Shown here one piece after another: positions 36,368 through 46,057 of a stretch of 64,000 nt of DNA. This DNA comes from a virus. The stretch is from the IMG/VR virus record IMGVR_UViG_3300047472_000449. One strand, 5' to 3'. Numbering within the stretch: position 1 is the first letter of the stretch; every line of letters begins with the position of its first letter. The notes beneath the pieces were generated by a model, which was not told the DNA's origin, searched no databases, and saw nothing but the letters and a program-made list of their open reading frames with translations. The translations under genes and the position numbers were made by a program.

Positions 36368-37984
36368 TTACATTTTGCAGAGTTGCCAGATGGTGTTTGC
36401 AGAAACCACGGCACCCCGGTAGTAGGTTGCACCACCATAAGTCATCTGTGTATCTTGCCCTTGTCTGGTGTAAACCACAGAGCCGTTCAAATAGACGATG
36501 GTGTGCATGTTGTGATCCATCAACATCTGATACGTCCACTGGGTATTACCGGCGACATATTGGCAGGTGCTTTTTGTTCCTGTTGCTTGCTGCGTCACGT
36601 ACTGATTGGCCAGAGTTTGCGTTTCTGTCCTGTACGGCACAGCAGGGTCAGGCACCCATCCGCCGTTGTAGGTGTACCCTGCTGCGCCACGTTGTTGGTT
36701 GATGTAGCAATAGGCCGCTTGTGTAAACACGGTTCCAGCATTCACGGTTGAAACATCTGGGCTCCACGCCGAACAGCTGTAATAGCCGCTGGAGTTTGCC
36801 CAAGCTGTGAAGTCCATCAGGTAGGTTCTGGTGGTGGGCTGGCTACCAAGTGTCTGGCTTTCAGCGACAGGCACACCCACATTGCGGATGGCACCTGTGT
36901 AGGTTTCAGACTCGCGATCCTGACGGGTGCGGCTCTGATTGACGGAGCAATAGGCTGTTTGATTGAACTGCGTAGCCGTTGTGTAAGCGGCTGGTGACGG
37001 CGAATAAGTGCCGCAGCCGTAAAGTCCTGACGAGTTGGCCCAGGCCGTATAAACCGGCGAGGTCGCGACCCATGTTTCCATCGTGCCGGTGGCATCCTGG
37101 CTATTGCCCTGATTGGTCAGTGTGCGGTTTTCATTAGCTACCCCCACCGACACAACCTGATTGGTCAGGTGGTCTTTGTACGATTCGGCGCGGGTGCGTG
37201 TCTGGTTCAATTGGCAGTCAGTGGCAGTCTGCGTGAACTTCAGTCCTTTGCCGACAGTTTCAACAGCGGGTGACCAGTTGGCGCATTGGTACGCCCCGCC
37301 TACCGCAGTCCAGTCGCCCAGTGTAACCGTGTAGGGTCGGGTGGCGGTCTGACTGTTCAGGGTCTGCTGTTCTGTTACTGATGCGCCATTGTTGCGAATT
37401 TCCGACGTGAATTTCTCCTGTTCGCGCTCCTGGCGCTGGCGCTCCTGATCGGTTTTACAGGTGCTGGATGTCTGAGTGAAATTGGTCGTTGCGGTGTATG
37501 TCGAAGGGTTTGGCGACCATGCTGTACAGCCGTACAGAGGGTTGGTGTCGATCCAGCTGGTATAGGTCGGTGCAATACCCAGCCAGTTTTCTAGAATACC
37601 GACTGCATCGCGTGTCGCTGACACGGTGATGGTGCGTTTAATGGTGTAGCGTGGCCCGTCTTTGACTTCTTGATTATTAATATTGTTGACACGGTAATTC
37701 TGGGCGCCCTTTTCCTGATTTTGTTGGCAGTCAGTGGCGGTTTGAATAAAGGACACGCCCTTGCCCTGAGAGGCAGTGGACGGTGACCAGTTTGAGCAAC
37801 CGTATTCGTCGCCAACATCCTCCCAATTGTCTTCATACTTGGTGATTCCCTTCCAGTTGGGCGGGACTTGTGAGGAAACTAGGGTGTAATTGTAGCGGAA
37901 ATTTCCCTGATGCTCTGTTTCTGCATAAGCGCCTGTGGCTGTAGTAGCCACGAGTAAGGCGAGTGCTAGGGTGATTCTTTTCAT
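36368..37984 (-). CDS. secreted Cys/Trp-repeat adhesin-like protein 2 (538 aa)
   Basis: signal peptide; 5 modules; distinct C-terminal tip domain bounded by two Cys. Confidence 0.85.
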   Translation of the reverse strand: MKRITLALALLVATTATGAYAETEHQGNFRYNYTLVSSQVPPNWKGITKYEDNWEDVGDEYGCSNWSPSTASQGKGVSFIQTATDCQQNQEKGAQNYRVNNINNQEVKDGPRYTIKRTITVSATRDAVGILENWLGIAPTYTSWIDTNPLYGCTAWSPNPSTYTATTNFTQTSSTCKTDQERQRQEREQEKFTSEIRNNGASVTEQQTLNSQTATRPYTVTLGDWTAVGGAYQCANWSPAVETVGKGLKFTQTATDCQLNQTRTRAESYKDHLTNQVVSVGVANENRTLTNQGNSQDATGTMETWVATSPVYTAWANSSGLYGCGTYSPSPAAYTTATQFNQTAYCSVNQSRTRQDRESETYTGAIRNVGVPVAESQTLGSQPTTRTYLMDFTAWANSSGYYSCSAWSPDVSTVNAGTVFTQAAYCYINQQRGAAGYTYNGGWVPDPAVPYRTETQTLANQYVTQQATGTKSTCQYVAGNTQWTYQMLMDHNMHTIVYLNGSVVYTRQGQDTQMTYGGATYYRGAVVSANTIWQLCKM

Positions 37985-38201
37985 GGCTTACCTTTAGTGT
38001 TAAGCAAAACTTTTGGTATACCAATAATATCATGCAAATGTTGTTGATTTAATGCCGATACTGGCTTTCTATTGACTGTTTTTTAAATATCTGCTCGCAA
38101 AGACAAATATCTGAAGATAATCAATAAATTATCGTAAAACGATAATAAATAAATAACTAGAAGTTTTGCTTAATTAATTGGTGCTGCCGATGTTCGTAAT
38201 A

Positions 38202-38227
38202 AAAACCCCCGGTATTCCGGGGGTTTT
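38202..38227 (-). terminator. intrinsic terminator
   Basis: AAAACCCCCGG-TATT-CCGGGGGTTTT. Confidence 0.8.
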
Positions 38228-38240
38228 GATTGAATCACCT

Positions 38241-41200
38241 TTATCCTCTGCACACTTGGTAAAGGTTGGTGGATACCATGGCGCCTCGTTTGTAGACAAC
38301 ACCGTTGTAGGTGTATGAAGTGACTTGGTTGGCGAGCCCGGCCTGAAACTGAACGCCGTCCCACATAACCATGTTGAGCACGGTGACATGATCCATCATC
38401 TGCACAAAACCCCACTTGTTGTTTGCGTCATATCTGCACACAGTCGTTGGTCGAGTGCCGTAAGCCGTGTTGTAGATCGGTTGACCACTGTAGGCAACCG
38501 TTTCCGTTCTGTAAGGCACTGCCGGGTCAGGAACCCATCCGCCATTATAAATATAGCCCGCTGCACCACGCTGCTGATTCCGGTAGCAATAAGCGGTCTG
38601 GGTGAAGGCTACGCCTGAGTCGTAGGTGGATGGATCTGGGCTCCATCCGCTGCACGAATAGTAGTCGCCTGCCCACGCCCACGCGTTAAAGTCCATCAGG
38701 TACGTTCTGTAGGCCGGTTGACCTCCAATCGTTTGGCTTTCCGCTACCGGTGCGCCGACGTTGCGAATAGCACCCGTAGTGGTTTCATACTGACGATCCT
38801 GACGATTGCGGCTCTGGTTCACGTAGCAATAGGCCGTTTGAGTGAACTGCGTTGGTACGGTGTAGGCACTTGGATCGGGTGAATAGGCGCCACAGCTGTA
38901 CAGGCCCGAAGAGTTAGCCCAAGCGGTGTACGTTGGTGTGGTGGCTGCCCACGTTTCCTTGGTTCCAGTGGCTGCACGGGTACTCGACTGAGAGGCGATG
39001 ACGCGACCTTCAGATCTGTAGGTACTCTCTGGGTCTTGCAGGAAGTTACCATTCACCAGGATGTAACCTAGGCGTCCGCGCTGCTGGTTTCTGGAGCAGT
39101 TGGTGGCTGTCTGGGTGAATCCTGTTCCTACTGTGACCGTAGCTGGATCGGGTGACCAGTTGGTGCAGTTGTAGGCATCGCCGTTCCAAGCCCAGGCGTT
39201 GAAATCCTCCAGGTAGGTGCGGGTGTTGGTCTGACCTGCGACCGTTTGTGTCTCGACAACCGGAGAGCCACTGTTGCGAATGGCATTGGTGGTGGTTTCC
39301 GTTTCACGGTTCTGTTTACTGCGCGTTTGATCCGCAGTGCAATTGGTCGCAGTCTGAGTGAATTGGGTTCTCTCAGTGAAGCTGCTTGGCAACGGCGTCC
39401 AGTTCGAGCAGTTATACGGCGCTGCTACGTTGGCCCAAGCGGTGTAGCTCGGCGTGGTAGCAACCCATGTTTCCTTCACGCCAGTGGCGCCTTGGGTACT
39501 GGTTTGGCCGGTCAGTGTTTGCGCTTCGCCAGCCACCGTCACAGGTACGGTCGAACCGGTTTTGTGATCCACATAAGATTCAGCACGCGTGCGCGTTTGA
39601 TCCTGTTTGCAGTCGGTGGCGGTTTGAGTGAAAGCTTGACCCACAGTCACGGTGGTTGGCGAAGGTGACCAGTTCGAGCAGGCGTATTTAGCGCCGTTGT
39701 TCGTCCATGAGCCCAAGGTGACTGTGTAGGTGCGCGTGGCCGACTGAGCGGTCAGGGTTTGCGCTTCGCCCACAACTGAGCCCTTGTCACGGATGGCCAA
39801 GGTGGTGGTTTCCTGCTCGCGATCCTGGCGATTGCGCGTCTGATCGGTTTTGCAGTCGGTGGCGGTTTGAGTGAAAGAACCTGTCGCCGTTTTGCTGGAG
39901 CCTGCTGGTGACCAGTTGCTGCACGCGTACTGACCGTTGGTGGTTGTCCACGCGGTGTACGTTGGGGTGGTTGCCATCCAAGTTTCTTTGGTGCCAGTTG
40001 CGGTCTGGGTGCTGGTCTGATTGCTCAGCGTCTGGCTTTCAACCGTGTTGCCCGCCGCAACCACTGAACCGGTCTTATGATCGACATAGGACTCGGCGCG
40101 AGGGCGTTTTTGATCCTGTTTGCAGTCGGTAGCAGTCTGAGTAAAGCTCTGGCCAATGGTGACGGTAGCAGGTGCCGGTGACCAGTTCACACAAGCGTAT
40201 TTTGCGCCATTGTCCGCCCACGCGCCCAGGGTCACGGTGTAGCTGCGTGAAGCTGATTGACCGGTGAGGGTCTGTGCTTCTGCAACCGGAACGCCCTTGT
40301 TGCGGATCTCGCTGGTGTTCTGCTCCATTTCACGATCCTGACGCGTGCGCGCCTGATCGGTGGTGCAGTTGGTCGCGGTCTGTGTGAAGGTGCTAGTGCT
40401 GGTTTTAATCACCGGGTTCGGTGCCCAGTTGGTGCAAGCATTTTTCGCACTGGTATCGACCCAGGCGGTGTAGGTTGGCGTCGTGGCCATCCACTGCTCA
40501 AGCGTACCGGTCGATTCCTGACTGCTGGCCTGACTGGTCAGCGTGCGGTTCTCGTTGGGTTTTGCCACTTGAACAATCTGATTGGTCTGATGGTCTTTGA
40601 ACGACTCAGCGCGGGAGCGAGTTTGATCCAGTTTGCAGTCGGTAGCGTTCTGGGTGAACTTGATGCCTTTGCCGATGGTGGTCACGGCTGGCGACCAGTT
40701 GGTGCAGGCATAGGTTTCGCCCACCGCTGTCCAGCCACCCAAGGCGACCGAATACGGTCGAGTGGCCGTTTGACCTGTCTTGGTTTGCTGTTCGGTGATC
40801 GGCCCGCCACTGTCACGGATTTCCGACGTGAATTTCTCTTGTTCACGTTCCTGGCGCTGGCGCTCTTGGTCTGTTTTGCAGGTGGTGGAGGTTTGCGTGA
40901 AATTGCTTGTGGTGGTGAAGGTCGAAGGGTTCGGTGACCATGCCGTACAGCCGTACAGCGGGTTAGTGTCGATCCAACTGGTGTAGGTCGGCGTAATGCC
41001 TAGCCAGTTTTCCAGAATGCCAATGGCATCGCGTGTGGAGGAAACAGTGACGGTCTGTTTGATCGTATAGCGAGGCCCGTCTTTAACTTCCTCGTGAGTG
41101 ATGTTGTTGACGCTGTAATTCTGTGCGCCCTTTTCCTGATCCTGATGGCAGTCTGTCGCGGTTTGAATAAAAGCGACACCCTTGCCCTGTGTGGACGTTG

Positions 41201-41411
41201 AGGGTGACCAGTTTGAGCATCCGTATTTATCGCCCACATCCTCCCAGTTATCTTCATATTTTGTCGTCACCGTCCAGTTGGGCGGTAACTCCGAAGAGAC
41301 TAGTGTGTAATTGTAGCGCAGTTTGGAGGGTGATTCGATTGAAGCTGCTGCATGAACACCTGTGGCGGTGGTAGCCATAAGGAGTGCAAGGTGTAACGCG
41401 TGTTTCTTCAT
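38241..41411 (-). CDS. secreted Cys/Trp-repeat adhesin-like protein 3 (1056 aa)
   Basis: signal peptide; 11 modules; tip related to but different from protein 2. Confidence 0.85.
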   Translation of the reverse strand: MKKHALHLALLMATTATGVHAAASIESPSKLRYNYTLVSSELPPNWTVTTKYEDNWEDVGDKYGCSNWSPSTSTQGKGVAFIQTATDCHQDQEKGAQNYSVNNITHEEVKDGPRYTIKQTVTVSSTRDAIGILENWLGITPTYTSWIDTNPLYGCTAWSPNPSTFTTTSNFTQTSTTCKTDQERQRQEREQEKFTSEIRDSGGPITEQQTKTGQTATRPYSVALGGWTAVGETYACTNWSPAVTTIGKGIKFTQNATDCKLDQTRSRAESFKDHQTNQIVQVAKPNENRTLTSQASSQESTGTLEQWMATTPTYTAWVDTSAKNACTNWAPNPVIKTSTSTFTQTATNCTTDQARTRQDREMEQNTSEIRNKGVPVAEAQTLTGQSASRSYTVTLGAWADNGAKYACVNWSPAPATVTIGQSFTQTATDCKQDQKRPRAESYVDHKTGSVVAAGNTVESQTLSNQTSTQTATGTKETWMATTPTYTAWTTTNGQYACSNWSPAGSSKTATGSFTQTATDCKTDQTRNRQDREQETTTLAIRDKGSVVGEAQTLTAQSATRTYTVTLGSWTNNGAKYACSNWSPSPTTVTVGQAFTQTATDCKQDQTRTRAESYVDHKTGSTVPVTVAGEAQTLTGQTSTQGATGVKETWVATTPSYTAWANVAAPYNCSNWTPLPSSFTERTQFTQTATNCTADQTRSKQNRETETTTNAIRNSGSPVVETQTVAGQTNTRTYLEDFNAWAWNGDAYNCTNWSPDPATVTVGTGFTQTATNCSRNQQRGRLGYILVNGNFLQDPESTYRSEGRVIASQSSTRAATGTKETWAATTPTYTAWANSSGLYSCGAYSPDPSAYTVPTQFTQTAYCYVNQSRNRQDRQYETTTGAIRNVGAPVAESQTIGGQPAYRTYLMDFNAWAWAGDYYSCSGWSPDPSTYDSGVAFTQTAYCYRNQQRGAAGYIYNGGWVPDPAVPYRTETVAYSGQPIYNTAYGTRPTTVCRYDANNKWGFVQMMDHVTVLNMVMWDGVQFQAGLANQVTSYTYNGVVYKRGAMVSTNLYQVCRG

Positions 41412-41682
41412 GGCGCACCTTTTGCGGTTAATGATAACTATTAATTCAATAATAATATCATGTAATCATTGGGTTTTCATGAATCAACATCGTTATTTTA
41501 TGCTTGCTGGACAATAACTGCCTTATTTTAATCTCCGCTTAATAATTAGCAGGGCATGTGATTGCGTTCTTTTAAAACTTGTTTGCTGCACATCTGATTA
41601 ACCAGCCAGGAGGCTGAAAGTTCCAGTCGGTGGTTAGTCTCCCTCTACCTTGATAAGCCTGTGGACACTAACTCGCGCCCAT

Positions 41683-41714
41683 AAAAAAGCCCCACTCATC
41701 GGCGGGGCTTTTTT
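41683..41714. terminator. bidirectional intrinsic terminator
   Basis: AAAAAAGCCCC...GGGGCTTTTTT. Confidence 0.75.
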
Positions 41715-41726
41715 GTTTGTTGCGTA

Positions 41727-42272
41727 TTAATGCGTGGCGGCAACATTCGTCGAGTTGACGACTTCCTTGTACGCCACCTCGGTGCGCGACGGAGGCGAGC
41801 TTTGGGTCATCCCACCGCACAGGGAACCGGCTTTTTCCAGTTCTTGCACAGGATGGCGAACATAGGACTCGTAGCGGCTCAGGCATTCAGTCTTGGTGCC
41901 AGCCAGATACAGGCGCTTTTGCTCAAGCTCACGGCTGCTGACACCACGACAGATGAAGTAGAAGCTCTGGTCGCCCTTCTTCACGACCGCCACGCTTGGG
42001 CTTTTGCCGTAGTTCGGCGCTTGACCCAGCACCGTGCAGGGTGCTGTTTCAGCGGTAAAGTCGTAGTCGGCCAGTTTTTTTGGCGAGCCGTCAGCCTTGA
42101 AGTCCGATGGCTTGATCAGGGTGCCCAGGTAGATCTTGCCATCCGCATTGACGGTCTGAGCGGTCGGTGCAGTATCGACGTATTGCGGGATGCCTTCGCG
42201 AGGCCCCGAGGCGCAACCCGAGAGGAAAGCGGCAGCGGCCAGAGCAGCAAACAGAAGACCAGTACGTTTCAT
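41727..42272 (-). CDS. lipoprotein paralog 1
   Basis: lipobox FLSG|C; four further conserved Cys. Confidence 0.85.
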   Translation of the reverse strand: MKRTGLLFAALAAAAFLSGCASGPREGIPQYVDTAPTAQTVNADGKIYLGTLIKPSDFKADGSPKKLADYDFTAETAPCTVLGQAPNYGKSPSVAVVKKGDQSFYFICRGVSSRELEQKRLYLAGTKTECLSRYESYVRHPVQELEKAGSLCGGMTQSSPPSRTEVAYKEVVNSTNVAATH

Positions 42273-42314
42273 TGTCATTTCCTTGCGGGGGTTGTTTTCT
42301 GTGTTTGTAGGAAT

Positions 42315-42353
42315 ATTATAGTGATACTCAGGTCTAATGTCAATACAAATGAC
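42315..42353 (-). promoter_or_regulatory. sigma70 promoter + operator
   Basis: TTGACA-N17-TATAAT; GTCAAT ACA AATGAC at 42339-42353. Confidence 0.85.
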
Positions 42354-42439
42354 GATGGCAGCCAATAATATCACTCGAATTAACTGCGTTTTGATCGCAA
42401 AAAACCCCGCAATTGCGGGGCCTTTTGAGTATCTGCCGA

Positions 42440-42985
42440 TTAGCGCGTGGTGGTGGCGATGTTCGTCGAGCCGACGACTTCCTTGTACGCCACTTCAGTG
42501 CGCGACGGTGGCGAGCTTTGGGTCATGCCGCCGCACAGGGAACCGGCTTTTTCCAGTGCCTGCTCAGGGTGGCGGACGTAAGATTCGTAACGGCTCAGGC
42601 ATTCAGGCTTGGTGCCTGCCATGTAAAGGCGTTTCTGTTCCACATCACGGCTGCTGACGCCACGACAGATGAAGTAGAAGGTCTTGTCGCCCTTCTGCAC
42701 TGCGGCCACACTTGGGCTCTTGCCGTAGTTCGGCGCTTGACCCAGTACGGTGCAAGGTGCGGTTTCGGTGGTGAAGTCGTAGTCGGCCAGCGCTTTGGGC
42801 GAACCGTCAGCCTTGAAGTCCGATGGCTTGATCAGGGTGCCCAGGTAGATCTTGCCGTCTGCATTGACGGTTTGGGCGGTCGGAGCCGCATCGACGTATT
42901 GCGGGATGCCTTCGCGAGGGCCGGAGGCGCAGCCTGCGAGCAGAGAAACAGCCAGAGCAGCGAACAGAAGACAGGTACGTTTCAT
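42440..42985 (-). CDS. lipoprotein paralog 2
   Basis: lipobox LLAG|C; colinear with paralog 1. Confidence 0.85.
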   Translation of the reverse strand: MKRTCLLFAALAVSLLAGCASGPREGIPQYVDAAPTAQTVNADGKIYLGTLIKPSDFKADGSPKALADYDFTTETAPCTVLGQAPNYGKSPSVAAVQKGDKTFYFICRGVSSRDVEQKRLYMAGTKPECLSRYESYVRHPEQALEKAGSLCGGMTQSSPPSRTEVAYKEVVGSTNIATTTR

Positions 42986-43027
42986 GCGTCGTTTCCTTTC
43001 GGGGATGATTGCTGTGTTGTTGTGCCT

Positions 43028-43066
43028 AGTATAGCGATCTGCCATCACGCTGTCAATACCAGTGAC
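43028..43066 (-). promoter_or_regulatory. sigma70 promoter + operator
   Basis: TTGACA-N17-TATACT; GTCAAT ACC AGTGAC at 43052-43066. Confidence 0.8.
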
Positions 43067-43127
43067 AAATTTTTTAGAGGCATGCAACTGCATTACCCCC
43101 TGCTACAGTGGCTTGCGCATTGCGTTG

Positions 43128-43313
43128 TTAGCGCTTGCAGCGGCTCAGCTGAGCCTGCAACTTGCGCATCTGGTGTTGTTGAGTGATGCGCCGCTCAGCC
43201 TTGCTCGGGACATTTTTAGGGACAATGCTGGTCAACCATTGCGTTTTATCAATCGAAGCGACAATGCGGATACAGTTGTTTTGATAGAAATACATGACCT
43301 GCCCCCTTTCCAT
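43128..43313 (-). CDS. small basic hypothetical protein
   Basis: ORF in co-directional run. Confidence 0.4.
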   Translation of the reverse strand: MERGQVMYFYQNNCIRIVASIDKTQWLTSIVPKNVPSKAERRITQQHQMRKLQAQLSRCKR

Positions 43314-43350
43314 GAGTCAGATGCAGCCACCGCGAACGGTGGCTACGGCC

Positions 43351-43578
43351 TTAAACGGTGACGTTATAAGTGCGGTCGCCTGCCGGGATGCCTTGTTCAC
43401 GAAAAACCTGAATGGCAGCCTGCATGTCCTCAGGCGATTCAGCCTGGACGCAGTACCACGGGCCTTCATGGTAATGCGACAGCCCCAGGGTTCTGATGAC
43501 CTTGAGCGCCGCGTCGGTTTGACTCACCAGAAAACGGCGTTTAGCGATTTCAACTTCACGTGCGGTATGCGGATGCAT
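43351..43578 (-). CDS. hypothetical protein
   Basis: start MHPHTAR avoids overlap with upstream ORF. Confidence 0.55.
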   Translation of the reverse strand: MHPHTAREVEIAKRRFLVSQTDAALKVIRTLGLSHYHEGPWYCVQAESPEDMQAAIQVFREQGIPAGDRTYNVTV

Positions 43579-43588
43579 CCAGGAATCC

Positions 43589-43981
43589 TCAGGCAGTTTT
43601 GAGTTGATGAACAACGCCAGTATCTGGGTAAAGTCCATACCCTTCAGCTTGTTCAGCCACGTTCCACAGGTAGTAACCATGTACGATACTTCCGTCTTTG
43701 TTGGTGCAATCCGCTCGCTTGGCGAGCGAAGGGGCCAGCAGCACTCGGCGCCAATCCTTCACCCACTCCCCGTCTTGCAGCACGACAAAATGCTTGCGGT
43801 TGTGGCGAATGTCCAGCGTGCAGAACTCTTGAATCGCCGCGTTCCAGGCGGCATCGTTGCCAATGCCTGCATCGTCCGGGAACTTGACCTTGGTGCTGCG
43901 GATGTCGAACACCGCCGTGCCGGAGACAGGAACGCCCAGTGGTGTTTGATGAATCGTGAATTTGACGTGTGCAGTTCTCAT
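43589..43981 (-). CDS. hypothetical protein
   Basis: operon-like run. Confidence 0.65.
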   Translation of the reverse strand: MRTAHVKFTIHQTPLGVPVSGTAVFDIRSTKVKFPDDAGIGNDAAWNAAIQEFCTLDIRHNRKHFVVLQDGEWVKDWRRVLLAPSLAKRADCTNKDGSIVHGYYLWNVAEQAEGYGLYPDTGVVHQLKTA

Positions 43982-44017
43982 ACGACCATGGGCCTTCCGA
44001 GCAGGGTGCGCCGATCC

Positions 44018-44311
44018 TTAATTGGATTTTTCGGTGCAGCTGTATTTGATGGAACCTTTGGTTTCGCCCAAGGCGAAAATGGTGACGCCGCCGTTGGCTG
44101 TGTAAATGCGCATTTCTTTCTTTGGATCGTTCAGTTCCATGAGATTCTTGATTTCGTCCATGCAGACGGTCATCGAGTTCATGGTGCGACTGTCGATTTG
44201 CGGCGCGCTTTTTGAACTGCCAGCACTGCTGACGTTCACCGGCATTGAGTATTCAGTGGTCAGGGTTGCCGAAGCACTTGGAGGTGGCATGCCGACAGCG
44301 TACATTCGCAA
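44018..44311 (-). CDS. hypothetical protein
   Basis: promoter/operator at 44353-44391. Confidence 0.55.
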   Translation of the reverse strand: MRMYAVGMPPPSASATLTTEYSMPVNVSSAGSSKSAPQIDSRTMNSMTVCMDEIKNLMELNDPKKEMRIYTANGGVTIFALGETKGSIKYSCTEKSN

Positions 44312-44450
44312 ATTCCTAGCAATTGACGAGATAATGCTTTGTTTGAGCCACTATTATATCGACCGACTGCTTATTTGTCAATCACAATTACACAAGCATT
44401 TATTTAACAAAAAAGGGCCGTGAGGCCCTTTCCGTGTGCGATTCCGGTGA

Positions 44451-44780
44451 TCAGTTGTACAGACCTTCATGGCCCGTCACGTACACGCCGGAGTATGTGT
44501 AATCGACGAAATCGCCCTCTTCGTCATCGTCATTCGACAGCGAGACGACTTCGCCGTTTTCGATGCGATAGCACTCGCTCAGGCCTTCGAAGCAGCCGCT
44601 GCCGACAACCTTGTCCATCACATCGTCGATGGTGGGGAACTCAGCCTTGAATTTCTCCCACGTGCCCGCTGCCCGGTAGGCGTAGGTGGCGTAATCATCC
44701 ACGGCAAGGATGCCGCACAGGATTTCATCGCTACCGCGAACCTTGAATTCGATCAGGCTGATGTCGAGATTGTTGGACAT
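44451..44780 (-). CDS. very acidic small protein (paralog of 45608..45970)
   Basis: shared GI.AVDD...E.FK..FPT...Y.[IV]ENG motif. Confidence 0.8.
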   Translation of the reverse strand: MSNNLDISLIEFKVRGSDEILCGILAVDDYATYAYRAAGTWEKFKAEFPTIDDVMDKVVGSGCFEGLSECYRIENGEVVSLSNDDDEEGDFVDYTYSGVYVTGHEGLYN

Positions 44781-44815
44781 GGGTGAAGCTCCGAGCTGCT
44801 GTGTGTATGGTAAAT

Positions 44816-44859
44816 ATTATACATAGCCACGCCAGCAATGTCAATACAAATGACATTGC
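44816..44859 (-). promoter_or_regulatory. sigma70 promoter + extended operator
   Basis: GCAATGTCAAT ACA AATGACATTGC; TTGACA-N17-TATAAT. Confidence 0.85.
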
Positions 44860-44896
44860 AGGCGAATTAAATCAGTGCCAGTTTTCTTGATTTGGG

Positions 44897-45223
44897 TTAG
44901 AGGCTGCGCGGGATACCGGCAGATTCTTCAGCTTGCCCAATCATTTCTTGTGTCACGCTGCGTGCGGCAATCATCATGACGCTGAAGCTGGAAATATCGA
45001 GTGCGCCAATTTCGCCGTTTGCCAGCTTCTCTTCCAGCACATCGGCACCCCGGCGAATGACGTTCACCAGCGGATCGGGTACGTAGTTGTTTTCTGCATC
45101 GAAAACCTCCTGCGTACGGGCCAGTTCGATATAGATACTTTTCATGCCACCGCCAGCCAGTGCCCCGGTGACGTTTACTTCGGCCTTGTAATGGTGTTCG
45201 TGGCGATGATTATTAACTTCCAT
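44897..45223 (-). CDS. hypothetical protein
   Basis: ORF track. Confidence 0.6.
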   Translation of the reverse strand: MEVNNHRHEHHYKAEVNVTGALAGGGMKSIYIELARTQEVFDAENNYVPDPLVNVIRRGADVLEEKLANGEIGALDISSFSVMMIAARSVTQEMIGQAEESAGIPRSL

Positions 45224-45333
45224 GGTAAGCCTTAATTAATGTGATGTATGTTCAGGCGCACCACGGTGCCTTGGCGGGTCTTGGAACCTTGCCAAGGCAA
45301 CCGAGGTTAGGTGTGCCTGGAGTCCTTGGGTCA

Positions 45334-45582
45334 CTACCAGAAGCGCGACGACTGCGGCTTCTGGCAGTCTTTCGGAGGCGCCATTTTGCCGCCATCGTCG
45401 ATTTCGGCGCCGCCTGGGTTCGAAAAGTTGTTGTACAGGTATTCGTCGGCCTGCTCTTGCGAATCAAACGGCCCGTACCACGTGCAGTCGATTTCGTTCC
45501 AGTCATGCTCATCGTTACCCAGCTGCATGTACCACTTGCCATCGGTGGCCAGACCAAAAAAGCACTGTCGAGAAACGCTCAT
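45334..45582 (-). CDS. small acidic phage-type protein
   Basis: YGPFDSQEQADEYL..N..NPGG motif. Confidence 0.7.
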   Translation of the reverse strand: MSVSRQCFFGLATDGKWYMQLGNDEHDWNEIDCTWYGPFDSQEQADEYLYNNFSNPGGAEIDDGGKMAPPKDCQKPQSSRFW

Positions 45583-45607
45583 GATGACAACCCTTCAAAC
45601 CGGTGGG

Positions 45608-45970
45608 TCAATTGGCAACGTCAGTTGCCGTATAGATTTCGCTGCCGGAAACGATGACTTCGGCGTAGGTATTGTTCGGGTCATCGCTCATGATGACTGC
45701 CCCGTTCTCAACGGTGTATTCACCGAACTCACCCATCCCGAACTCCACGTCTTTGAGAATCGACTGGAGGGTTGGGAACTGTTTTTTGAACGCTTCGATG
45801 CTGAGCCAGCCGGTGTTGACGTAGCAGCGGCCATTGTCATCCACCGCAACGATGCCGTATTGAACATCGTTTTTGCCGATGATTTTTTTCTCGATCAGGT
45901 CGATATGAAGTTCGCAGTCTGTGCGCTCATCATCGGTATCACCTTGTTCAAATTCGAGGTCGTCAAGCAT
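45608..45970 (-). CDS. very acidic small protein (paralog of 44451..44780)
   Basis: GGAG RBS; promoter/operator 46008-46046 (GTCAAT ATA AATGAC). Confidence 0.8.
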   Translation of the reverse strand: MLDDLEFEQGDTDDERTDCELHIDLIEKKIIGKNDVQYGIVAVDDNGRCYVNTGWLSIEAFKKQFPTLQSILKDVEFGMGEFGEYTVENGAVIMSDDPNNTYAEVIVSGSEIYTATDVAN

Positions 45971-46057
45971 ACGATGCTCCGGTGTTAATGTGATGGTGTA
46001 GGCTTGTATTATGAACACAAAATCCGATATTGTCAATATAAATGACAATCATCAGGT

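Noticed and set aside
41596-41640. Hairpin GATTAACCA...TGGTTAGTC as sRNA
   Set aside because: Single stem-loop, no clear promoter and no second copy for covariation
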